A DNA stretch of 64,000 nt, taken from assembly GCA_040954595.2 (NCBI GenBank), contig CM082581.2, forward strand, positions 682,001-746,000, written 5' to 3'. This DNA is from Balanoglossus misakiensis (Eukaryota > Animalia > Hemichordata). The notes under the pieces were generated by a model, which saw nothing but the letters and a program-made list of their open reading frames with translations, searched no databases and was not told the DNA's origin. Below are positions 21,919-34,000 of this stretch, piece after piece (position 1 is the stretch's first letter; every line of letters starts with the position of its first letter). A program made the translations under genes and the position numbers.

Positions 21919-22194
21919 ATAGCGATTTGAAACCAGGTCAGATTTTCAGTGAAATTAAATGAATAGAAATCAGAGAATGATGACAATACTAGCTTAAGAC
22001 CTTAAAGAATATGATAACGTGATGTAAACATTATAAATGCGTTTAATGTCTTGTAATACTTACCGGCATTTTCATGTTGTTGTAACTGGCGAACGTTCCA
22101 TTGCCGGTAACAAATCGCCTCATACATTATTCATGAGGCCATGAAAGTAGGGACGGAAATATCGGACAAAGATGGCGCACACTGGGCTGTAGTG

Positions 22195-25100
22195 CAGAGC
22201 TAGTGGTCAGTGTCGTGCCAATCAATTTTGAGTGTTTGGTGGGGTCAACATATGCGTCAACATTGATTAGTCAGGCCATGCAGAGCTAGTGGCCAGTGTC
22301 GTGCCCATCAATTTTGAGTGTTTGGTGGGGTCAACATTTGCGTCAACATTGATTAGCCAGGCCATGCAGAGCTAGTGGCCAGTGTCGTGCCCATCAATTT
22401 TGAGTGTTTGGTGGGGTCAACCTTTGCGTCAACCTTGATTAGCCAGGCCATGCAGAGCTAGTGGCCAGTGTCGTGCCCATCAATTTTGAGTGTTTGGTGG
22501 GGTCAACCTTTGCGTCAACATTGATTAGCCAGGCCAGGCAGAGCTAGTGGCCAGTGTTGTGCCCATTAATTTTGAGTGTTTGGTGGGGTCAACCTTTGCG
22601 TCAACATTGATTAGCCAGCCCAGAGCTAGTGGCCAGTGTCGTGCCCATTAATTTTGAGTGTTTGGTGGGGTCAACCTTTGCGTCAACATTGATTAGCCAG
22701 CCCAGAGCTAGTGGCCAGTGTCGTGCCCATTAATTTTGAGTGTTTGGTGGGGTCAACCTTTGCGTCAACATTGATTAGCCAGCCCAGAGCTAGTGGCCAG
22801 TGTCGTGCCCATCAATTTTGAGTGTTTGGTGGGGTCAACCCTTGCGTCAACATTGATTAGCCAGCCCAGAGCTAGTGGCCAGTGTCGTGCCCATCAATTT
22901 TGAGTGTTTGGTGGGGTCAACCCTTGCGTCAACATTGATTAGCCAGGCCAGAGCTAGTGGCTAGTGTCGTGCCCATCAATTTTGAGTGTTTGGTGGGGTC
23001 AACCTTTGCGTCAACATTGATTAACCAGGCCATGCAGAGCTAGTGGCCAGTGTCGTGCCCATTAATTTTGAGTGTTTGGTGGGGTCAACCTTTGCGTCAA
23101 CATTGATTAACCAGGCCATGCAGAGCTAGTGGCCAGTGTCGTGCCCATTAATTTTGAGTGTTTGGTGGGGTCAACCTTTGCGTCAACATTGATTAACCAG
23201 GCCATGCAGAGCTAGTGGCCAGTGTCGTGCCCATTAATTTTGAGTGTTTGGTGGCGTCGACCTTTGCGTCAACATTGATTAACCAGGCCATGCAGAGCTA
23301 GTGGCCAGTGTCGTGCCCATTAATTTTGAGTGTTTGGTGGCGTCAACCTCTGCGTCAACATCGATTAACCAGGCCATGCAGAGCTAGTGGCCAGTGTCGT
23401 GCCCATCAATTTTGAGTGTTTGGTGGGGTCAACCTTTGCGTCAACATTGATTAACCAGGCCATGCAGAGCTAGTGGCCAGTGTCGTGCCCATCAATTTTG
23501 AGTGTTTGGTGGGGTCAACCTTTGCGTCAACATTGATTAACCAGGCCATGCAGAGCTAGTGGCCAGTGTCGTGCCCATCAATTTTGAGTGTTTGGTGGGG
23601 TCAACATTTGCGTCAACATTGATTAGCCAGGCCATGCAGAGCTAGTGGCCAGTGTCGTGCCCATCAATTTTGAGTGTTTGGTGGGGTCAACATTTGCGTC
23701 AACATTGATTAGCCAGGCCATGCAGAGCTAGTGGCCAGTGTCGTGCCCATTAATTTTGAGTGTTTGGTGGGGTCAACCTTTGCGTCAACATTGATTAGCC
23801 AGGCCAGAGCTAGTGGCCAGTGTCGTGCCCATCAATTTTGAGTGTTTGGTGGGGTCAACCCTTGCGTCAACATTGATTAGCCAGGCCAGAGCTAGTGGCC
23901 AGTGTCGTGCTCATCAATTTTGAGTGTTTGGTGGGGTCAACATTTGCGTCAACATTGATTAGCCAGGCCAGAGCTAGTGGCCAGTGTCGTGCCCATCAAT
24001 TTTGAGTGTTTGGTGGGGTCAACCTTTGCGTCAACCTTGATTAGCCAGGCCTTGATTAGCCAGGCCATGCAGAGCTAGTGGCCAGTGTCGTGCCCATCAA
24101 TTTTGAGTGTTTGGTGAGGTCAACCTTTGCGTCAACATTGATTAACCAGGCCATGCAGAGCTAGTGGCCAGTGTCGTGCCCATCAATTTTGACTGTTTGG
24201 TAGGGTCAACCCTTGCGTCAACATTGATTAGCCAGGCCAGAGCTAGTGGCCAGTGTCGTGCCCATCAATTTTGAGTGTTTGGTGGGGTCAACCTTTGCGT
24301 CAACATTGATTAGCCAGGCCAGAGGTTAGTGGCCAGTGTCGTTCCCATCAATTTTGAGTGTTTGGTGGGGTCAACCCTTGCGTCAACCTTGATTAGCCAG
24401 CCAGAGCTAGTGGCCAGTGTCGTGCCCATCAATTATGAGTGTTTGGTGGTGTCAACCCTTGCGTCAACATTGATTAGCCAGGCCAGAGCTTAGTGGCCAG
24501 TGTCGCGCGTATTAATTTTGAGTGTTTGCTGGGGTCAACCCTTGCGTCAACCTTGATTAGCCAGGCCAGAGCTAGTGGCCAGTGTCGTGCCCATCAATTT
24601 TGAGTGTTTGCTGGGGTCAACCCTTGCGTCAACATTGATTAGCCAGGCCAGAGCTAGTGGCCAGTGTCGTGCCCATCAATTTTGAGTGTTTGGTGGGGTC
24701 AACCCTTGCGTCAACATTGATTAGCCAGGCCAGAGCTAGTGGCCAGTGTCGCGCCCATTAAATTTGAGTGTTTGGTGGGGTCAACCCTTGCGTCAACCTT
24801 GATTAGCCAGGCCAGATCTAGTGGCCAGTGTCGCGCCCATTAATTTTGAGTGTTTGGTGGGGTCAACCCTTGCGTCAACCTTGATTAGCCAGGCCAGAGC
24901 TAGTGGCCAGTGTCGTGCCCATCAATTTTGAGTGTTTGGTGGGGTCAACCTTTGCGTCAACCTTGATTAGCCAGGCCTTGATTAGCCAGGCCATGCAGAG
25001 CTAGTGGCCAGTGTCGTGCCCATCAATTTTGAGTGTTTGGTGAGGTCAACCTTTGCGTCAACATTGATTAACCAGGCCATGCAGAGCTAGTGGCCAGTGT

Positions 25101-28100
25101 CGTGCCCATCAATTTTGACTGTTTGGTAGGGTCAACCCTTGCGTCAACATTGATTAGCCAGGCCAGAGCTAGTGGCCAGTGTCGTGCCCATCAATTTTGA
25201 GTGTTTGGTGGGGTCAACCTTTGCGTCAACATTGATTAGCCAGGCCAGAGGTTAGTGGCCAGTGTCGTTCCCATCAATTTTGAGTGTTTGGTGGGGTCAA
25301 CCCTTGCGTCAACCTTGATTAGCCAGCCAGAGCTAGTGGCCAGTGTCGTGCCCATCAATTATGAGTGTTTGGTGGTGTCAACCCTTGCGTCAACATTGAT
25401 TAGCCAGGCCAGAGCTTAGTGGCCAGTGTCGCGCGTATTAATTTTGAGTGTTTGCTGGGGTCAACCCTTGCGTCAACCTTGATTAGCCAGGCCAGAGCTA
25501 GTGGCCAGTGTCGTGCCCATCAATTTTGAGTGTTTGCTGGGGTCAACCCTTGCGTCAACATTGATTAGCCAGGCCAGAGCTAGTGGCCAGTGTCGTGCCC
25601 ATCAATTTTGAGTGTTTGGTGGGGTCAACCCTTGCGTCAACATTGATTAGCCAGGCCAGAGCTAGTGGCCAGTGTCGCGCCCATTAAATTTGAGTGTTTG
25701 GTGGGGTCAACCCTTGCGTCAACCTTGATTAGCCAGGCCAGATCTAGTGGCCAGTGTCGCGCCCATTAATTTTGAGTGTTTGGTGGGGTCAACCCTTGCG
25801 TCAACCTTGATTAGCCAGGCCAGAGCTAGTGGCCAGTGTCGCGCCCATCAATTTTGAGTGTTTGGTGGGGTCAACCCTTGCGTCAACATTGATTAGCCAT
25901 GCCAGAGCTTAGTGGCCAGTGTCGCGCCCATTAATTTTGAGTGTTTGGTGGAGTCAACCTTTGCGTCAACCTTGATTAGCCAGGCCATGCAGAGCTAGTG
26001 GCCAGTGTCGTGCCCATCAATTTTGAGTGTTTGGTGGGGTCAACCTTTGCGTCAACCTTGATTAGCCAGGCCAGAGCTAGTGGCCAGTGTCGTGCCCATC
26101 AATTTTGAGTGTTTGGTGGGGTCAACCTTTGCGTCAACATTGATTAGCCAGCCCAGAGCTAGTGGCCAGTGTCGTGCCCATCAATTTTGACTGTTTGGTG
26201 GGGTCAATCTTTGCGTCAACCTTGATTAGCCAGGCCATGCAGAGCTAGTGGCCAGTGTCGTGCCCATCAATTTTGAGTGTTTGGTGGGGTCAATCTTTGC
26301 GTCAACCTTGATTAGCCAGGCCATGCAGAGCTAGTGGCCAGTGTCGTGCCCATCAATTTTGAGTGTTTTTGTGGGGTCAACCTTTGCGTCAACCTTGATT
26401 AGCCAGGCCATGCAGAGCTAGTGGCCAGTGTCATGCCCATCAATTTTGAGTGTTTGGTGGGGTCAACCTTTGCGTCAACCTTGATTAGCCAGGCCAGAGC
26501 TAGTGGCCAGTGTCGTGCCCATCAATTTTGAGTGTTTGGTGGGGTCAACCTTTGCGTCAACCTTGATTAGCCAGGCCTTGATTAGCCAGGCCATGCAGAG
26601 CTAGTGGCCAGTGTCGTGCCCATCAATTTTGAGTGTTTGGTGGAGTCAACCTTTGCGTCAACCTTGATTAGCCAGGCCATGCAGAGCTAGTGGCCAGTGT
26701 CGTGCCCATCAATTTTGAGTGTTTTTGTTGGGTCAACCTTTGCGTCAACCTTGATTAGCCAGGCCATGCAGAGCTAGTGGCCAGTGTCGTGCCCATCAAT
26801 TTTGAGTGTTTGGTGGGGTCAACCTTTGCGTCAACCTTGATTAGCCAGGCCATGCAGAGCTAGTGGCCAGTGTCGTGCCCATCAATTTTGAGTGTTTGGT
26901 GGGGTCAACCTTTGCGTCAACCTTGATTAGCCAGGCCATGCAGAGCTAGTGGCCAGTGTCGTGCCCATTAATTTTGAGTGTTTGGTGGGGTCAACCTTTG
27001 CGTCAACATTGATTAGCCAGCCCAGAGCTAGTGGCCAGTGTCGTGCCCATTAATTTTGAGTGTTTGGTGGGGTCAACCTTTGCGTCAACATTGATTAGCC
27101 AGCCCAGAGCTAATGGCCAGTGTCGTGCCCATTAATTTTGAGTGTTTGTGGGGTCAACCTTTGCGTCAACATTGATTAGCCAGGCCAGGCAGAGCTAGTG
27201 GCCAGTGTCGTGCCCATTAATTTTGAGTGTTTGGTGGGGTCAACCTTTGCGTCAACATTGATTAGCCAGCCCAGAGCTAGTGGCCAGTGTCGTGCCCATT
27301 AATTTTGAGTGTTTGGTGGGGTCAACCTTTGCGTCAACCTTGATTAGCCAGGCCAGAGCTAGTGGCCAGTGTCGTGCCCATCAATTTTGAGTGTTTGGTG
27401 GGGTCAACCTTTGCGTCAACCTTGATTAGCCAGGCCTTGATTAGCCAGGCCATGCAGAGCTAGTGGCCAGTGTCGTGCCCATCAATTTTGAGTGTTTGGT
27501 GAGGTCAACCTTTGCGTCAACATTGATTAACCAGGCCATGCAGAGCTAGTGGCCAGTGTCGTGCCCATCAATTTTGAGTGTTTGGTGGGGTCAACCTTTG
27601 CGTCAACATTGATTAACCAGGCCATGCAGAGCTAGTGGCCAGTGTCGTGCCCATCAATTTTGAGTGTTTGGTGGGGTCATTCTTTGCGTCAACATTGATT
27701 AACCAGGCCATGCAGAGCTAGTGGCCAGTGTCGTGCCCATCAATTTTGAGTGTTTGGTGGGGTCAACCTTTGCGTCAACATTGATTAGCCAGGCCATGCA
27801 GAGCTAGTGGCCAGTGTCGTGCCCATCAATTTTGAGTGTTTGGTGGGGTCAACCTTTGCGTCAACCCTGATTAACCAGGCCATGCAGAGCTAGTGGCCAG
27901 TGTCGTGCCCATCAATTTTGAGTGTTTGGTGAGGTCAACCTTTGCGTCAACATTGATTAACCAGGCCATGCAGAGCTAGTGGCCAGTGTCGTGCCCATCA
28001 ATTTTGAGTGTTTGGTGGGGTCAACCTTTGCGTCAACATTGATTAACCAGGCCATGCAGAGCTAGTGGCCAGTGTCGTGCCCATCAATTTTGAGTGTTTG

Positions 28101-29784
28101 GTGGGGTCAACCTTTGCGTCAACATTGATTAACCAGGCCATGCAGAGGTAGTGGCCAGTGTCGTGCCCATCAATTTTGAGTGTTTGGTGGGGTCAACCTT
28201 TGCGTCAACATTGATTAACCAGGCCATGCAGAGGTAGTGGCCAGTGTCGTGCCCATCAATTTTGAGTGTTTGGTGGGGTCAACCTTTGCGTCAACATTGA
28301 TTAACCAGGCCATGCAGAGCTAGTGGCCAGTGTCGTGCCCATCAATGTTGAGTGTTTGGTGGGGTCAACCTTTGCGTCAACATTGATTAACCAGGCCATG
28401 CAGAGCTAGTGGCCAGTGTCGTGCCCATCAATTTTGAGTGTTTGGTGGGGTCAACCTTTGCGTCAACATTGATTAACCAGGCCATGCAGAGCTAGTGGCC
28501 AGTGTCGTGCCCATCAATTTTGAGTGTTTGGTGGGGTCAACCTTTGCGTCAACATTGATTAACCAGGCCATGCAGAGCTAGTGGCCAGTGTCGTGCCCAT
28601 CAATTTTGAGTGTTTGGTGGGGTCAACCTTTGCGTCAACATTGATTAACCAGGCCATGCAGAGCTAGTGGCCAGTGTCGTGCCCATCAATTTTGAGTGTT
28701 TGGTGGGGTCAACCTTTGCGTCAACATTGATTAACCAGGCCATGCAGAGCTAGTGGCCAGTGTCGTGCCCATCAATTTTGAGTGTTTGGTGGGGTCAACC
28801 TTTGCGTCAACATTGATTAACCAGGCCATGCAGAGCTAGTGGCCAGTGTCGTGCCCATCAATTTTGAGTGTTTGGTGGGGTCAACCTTTGCGTCAACATT
28901 GATTAACCAGGCCATGCAGAGCTAGTGGCCAGTGTCGTGCCCATCAATTTTGAGTGTTTGGTGGGGTCAACCTTTGCGTCAACATTGATTAACCAGGCCA
29001 TGCAAAGCTAGTGGCCAGTGTCGTGCCCATCAATTTTGAGTGTTTGGTGGGGTCAACCTTTGCGTCAACATTGATTAACCAGGCCATGCAGAGCTAGCGG
29101 CCAGTGTCGTGCCCATCAATTTTGAGTGTTTGGTGGGGTCAACCTTTGCGTCAACATTGATTAACCAGGCCATGCAGAGCTAGCGGCCAGTGTCGTGCCC
29201 ATTAATTTTGAGTGTTTGGTGGGGTCAACCTTTGCGTCAACATTGATTAACCTGGCCATGCAGAGCTAGTGGCCAGTGTCGTGCCCATTAATTTTGAGTG
29301 TTTGGTGGGGTCAACCTTTGCGTCAACATTGATTAACCAGGCCATGCAGAGCTAGCGGCCAGTGTCGTGCCCATCAATTTTGAGTGTTTGGTGGGGTCAA
29401 CCTTTGCGTCAACATTGATTAACCAGGCCATGCAGAGCTAGCGGCCAGTGTCGTGCCCATCAATTTTGAGTGTTTGGTGGGGTCAACCTTTGCGTCAACA
29501 TTGATTAACCAGGCCATGCAGAGCTAGCGGCCAGTGTCGTGCCCATTAATTTTGAGTGTTTGGTGGGGTCAACCTTTGCGTCAACATTGATTAACCAGGC
29601 CATGCAGAGCTAGTGGCCAGTGTCGTGCCCATTAATTTTGAGTGTTTGGTGGGGTCAACCTTTGCGTCAACATTGATTAACCAGGCCATGCAGAGCTAGT
29701 GGCCAGTGTCGTGCCCATTAATTTTGAGTGTTTGGTGGGGTCAACCTTTGCGTCAACATTGATTAACCAGGCCATGCAGAGCTA
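22195..29784. repeat. Satellite, 82-86-bp monomer, ~90 copies
   Basis: CAGAGCTAGTGGCCAGTGTCGTGCCCATCAATTTTGAGTGTTTGGTGGGGTCAACCTTTGCGTCAACATTGATTA(A/G)CCAGGC(CATG) repeated head-to-tail. Confidence 0.99.
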
Positions 29785-30384
29785 CATGTATGTTGCCTGT
29801 AAGGCACACATCTCCAATTGGTACATTGGGCCTATCATACTGTACATGTACAACTAGGAAAATGTACTTCATCATATTTCCATATTCAGCAGCTTCAAGA
29901 ACATGTTGCCTTCTCTATATGAATGTTTAGACTAAAAAGAAGTATAAGAAGAATAAAGTTGTCCAATTATTGTTGGCAGGGGGTGGGGTGTGTGCTCCCA
30001 TACAAATGTATATGGGTATGTACTCTTTAAGAAAAACCTTCATATGCAAGAGAAAAATGGTAAATGACAAAGAAAATTTGACTGGTATTACAATAGGTCG
30101 GGTTTTTGGCATTTACACATATTGATGTTATCAACCGGGAAGCACACTACGTGCTGAAAATAATTGGAGACCTCTCGCCCGGGGTGTCGGCCAGTGGCCA
30201 CATACATTTCCAGTCCTAAACCTTGCATCAGTTCTGTGGTGCGGATTAAGAAATAAGATTGGCGCTACAATATGCCCACTTAGTTTGAAATGGATTCTGC
30301 ATATACATGTAAACACATTGAAAATGAGATATTACACATATAATCATGGGACAAGAAGGGCAAAAATTAAATTATCCAGCAGGT

Positions 30385-31075
30385 GTTCGAATTATGCAAA
30401 TTAGAACAGTTGTCTAATATTGCCATGTCAACCACGTTGAAATTGTTTTAGGTACCCATATTAATTAAAACCGTGAAAATGCGATATTACACACCATATA
30501 AGACAAACCAGGGAAACTTACATAATAGAGAAGTTTGTCGGCCATTTTGGATTATGCAAATTAGAACAGTTGTCTAATATTGCCATGTCAACCACGCTGA
30601 AATTTTTTTAGTTACCCATATTGATGAAAACCCTGCAAATGCGATTTTAGGCACCATATAAGACAAAACAGGGAAATTTACATTTAAGAAGAGTTTGGTG
30701 GCCATTTTGGATTATGCAAATTAGAACAGCTGTCTAATATTGCCATGTCAACGACGTTGAAATTGTTTTAGGTACCCATATTGATGAAAACCCTGCAAAT
30801 GCGATATTACACTCTATTAAAGACAACCATAGTAAATTTACATGTTAGAGAAGTTTGTCGGCCATTCTAGATTATGCAAATTAGAACAGCTGTCTAACAT
30901 TGCAATGTCAACCACGTTGAAATTGTTTTAGGTACCTATATTGATGAAAACCCTTCAAATGCGATACTACACGCTTTTTAAGACGACCATAGGAAATTTA
31001 CATGTTAGAGGAGTTAGGCGGCCATTTTGGACTATGCAAATGAGAAGAGTTGAACAAAAAATGCCATATTTGCAA
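30385..31075. repeat. ~160-bp tandem repeat, 4-5 copies
   Basis: ATTATGCAAATTAGAACAG(T/C)TGTCTAATATTGCCATGTCAAC at ~30391, 30551, 30712, 30871 and 31031 (degenerate). Two inverted copies at ~57590-57830. Confidence 0.88.
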
Positions 31076-34000
31076 TGCTGTTGTCTTGTTTTGGGTGCCT
31101 ATGTTAAGGCTTGAAAATGAAAGCTTATTCACCATTTTGGCACAAACAGTGGCGAGAAGGTGTTCCAATGTAACTTAGAAGAGTTGCCATATTTGCAATA
31201 CAGTTATATTGTTTAAGGTATGAATGCAAATCCTGAATATTAGATTTATAACAATTTCATTGGAAAGAACATTTGTAGGTTCATCATTGACCCCATAGGA
31301 CTGTCAACTCAACTACAGACAGTCTCGATGAACACAAGACATGATCCCAATTTGCAAGCTGAGTTGAAACTGACTGCTGCAGTAACTTTAGCTCTGGGAA
31401 TGTCTTGTGTGATTTAAAGCAATTGATGACCAAATTTAACACAGTTTCTCTGAGGTAACCACTTAGCTTTCGTGACTGGTTGTTTAAGAATCCAAAAAAC
31501 ATGAATTCTACCCAATGAATTCAACCCATAGAATTTCACAACTGTAACAGAGTTTGCAGTCATGCACAAAAGTGTGTATCATACACAAAAGAAATTTCTC
31601 ACATGTATTTTTATGATGGCAATGCATTTGACTGTAAACAAACATTGACATCAGTCAGTAGCGCTATTTTGTCAGTGAAATGGCTTCATCATCATCCCTC
31701 CAACCAAAGTTGAAACTGAGTTGCAAATATTGCACAGCTTGAAATCATAAATTGTTGCAAAATTGAACCAACAGTTCGGTCAATGATCAAGTTCTTACAG
31801 CTATTATTACAACCAGACAATCTCAGTGAACAAGAGACATGGGCCTTATTTGCAAGTCGAGTTAGAACTGCCTTTGCCTGCCCACGGACGCCCCAGTTTC
31901 AGCAAAAATTATTGCATTAAAATGTGAGTATGGAGAACTATGCTCTGTGTTCCTTTTGTTAGCTTACATAGCTGTTGTCATTCTAGTTTTTCCTCTGTCC
32001 TGTGAACAGAGTTTCAGTTGCGAAAACCGACAGTTCTCAAAGTACAAAAGTACACCTAAATTGCCTCGGTGATGAGCATGCAGAATTTATCTGATGCTTT
32101 TTACTGGCAGAAGGACCCCACCAGTTGCAGATTGTCAATTCCATGGCACAAGGGAATTTACGCTTTGCGTTCAAATATAAAAAATTAAAACCTGTTTAAT
32201 TTTTCTATATGTTCTTTAGTGATGATTCAAAAGTATTATAACTGCTAGTGTGATTAATATTCTATTTTCAAAATGTGTTTCTCTTAATGATTATGAATAC
32301 ATCAAAATTTATGCTTTAAAATTATATCATTTTACCTGAAATATTGCAAATATTTGGAGGGTTGCATTTAATTTGAAGTTCTCGATCAAAGTTTTAGGCA
32401 TAAAAAAGGTGCTACACCCCCGAAAAATTGGTAGCTATGAATTCAATTCAAAGAGTGTTGTAATGTCTGTTTTGCAACAGGGTGCCAGTTCAACAAAGCG
32501 CATGAGGATAGTAAATCACCTTTGTGAATTTTGTGCACCACAGTAAGAATTCCCTAGAAACTGCAAACTAAATTGCAAAGCAATCAGACAAAAATGGCAG
32601 AAATTGCCAAAAAAAAAAAAAAACTATATTGTCACTTCCATCACTGGGTTTGTTAAATTGTCATAAAATCACACCTAAGAACATGCAAACCAAATTTTAA
32701 AAAAAATGTGGGTAGAGGTTTCTGAGTATATGACGACCAAAATCACCCCAAAAATATACTTCAAAAATGAAAAACAAAATCTGTATAAAGTCTCAATAAC
32801 ATAAATACACACCAATTTCTAAAGCAATCTGACCAGTACCTTCTTGAGTTTTTGAGTTTAGAACAATTTCACATTGGTCCCAATGGTATATTGACATATA
32901 CGAAATTGGACCTAAAGAGTAAAACACATTTCAAAGATTTTACAATTAAAGCCTCACAAGCTGCCAAATTTTACACATCTTTTTCCACAATAACATTTTT
33001 CAAATCATCCACCTATCCTTTAAAATCAGCAACATTGAGCCATATTACTTGAATTTGCATGGGGTTTGTCATCTCTCTGCGATGTGTACCCTCCATATGG
33101 AGGCTGATTAAAACAGGTGTGGCGCTCGTTTAATATCTGACTTTTTTAAATGGCAACATACAGGCACATTCATTAGTCAATAAAATGTTCATGTATACCT
33201 ATCAGTCAGATTGTTTAGATGAACAAATCTAAGATGGAAAGTAATATCATGAAAATACTGAAAGATTGGAAACTCTGAGTTTGAGTCTAAGGATAACCTC
33301 TCTACTATTTGAAGCACCAAAGCTATGAAAAACTTCCTTCTTTCCCTCAAATATTTTTTATGAATATGTTCTACTCCGTGATTAAAATTTCCCTTTTACC
33401 AAATGTACATATGTAAGAGACGAGATTTTTTCAGGAAAATTTCAAATGGCCTAGGGTGACTTTTTACCTACTTACCCATATTGGGTAGCATGAAACACAG
33501 AATGGCATACCAGTGGGTTAGAGATACAGCGTTTTATATTAACATGAATTAACATGAAACTAAAAATTTGATGGTTTACTTAGGACTGCCTTGATCCATG
33601 GTAACCTCATTAAATATGTACATATCTAATTCTAGGCTATCCAGTTGCGGTAGAAACCTGGACATGGACAACTTTGGGGTCAAAATCTTATGACAAAATG
33701 TTGGGTGATCTTGGGTAAACTTTGACCTACATTCCTATATCTTGGCATCCGGCACAGATACATCCTTGACACTTGGAGTGATGGAACTGCATAATGGAGT
33801 ATTATGTCTCAGCTAGTCACAGTGCTTTTGCTGTGTTTTATGTCTTTTATTCAGCCAAATTAGATGTTTTTCATTACACATTGGCTGTGTTTGCCAGTAC
33901 TTTTTAGCTGGTCACACTGCCTTAACACAATGTATTCTCAAAATACTCTGCAATCTTTATGAAGCATATACAGCAGACAAAGTTGTGGTAAGACTGAACT

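Larger units (their letters stand above)
11498..22194 (-). mobile_element. DNA transposon with CACTG/CACTA termini (CMC/Transib-related); ~5.6 kb plus nested Gypsy
   Basis: Left end CACTGCGGCCCAG-11nt-TTTGTCCGCTATTCCG. Right end (reverse complement) CACTACAGCCCAG-11nt-TTTGTCCGATATTTCCG. CAG flanks both ends. It cuts the macro-repeat exactly at 11497 and encloses a DDE transposase. Confidence 0.8.

Noticed and set aside
22195-29784. CRISPR array
   Set aside because: No unique spacers, whole monomers repeat, the context is eukaryotic and there are no cas genes.
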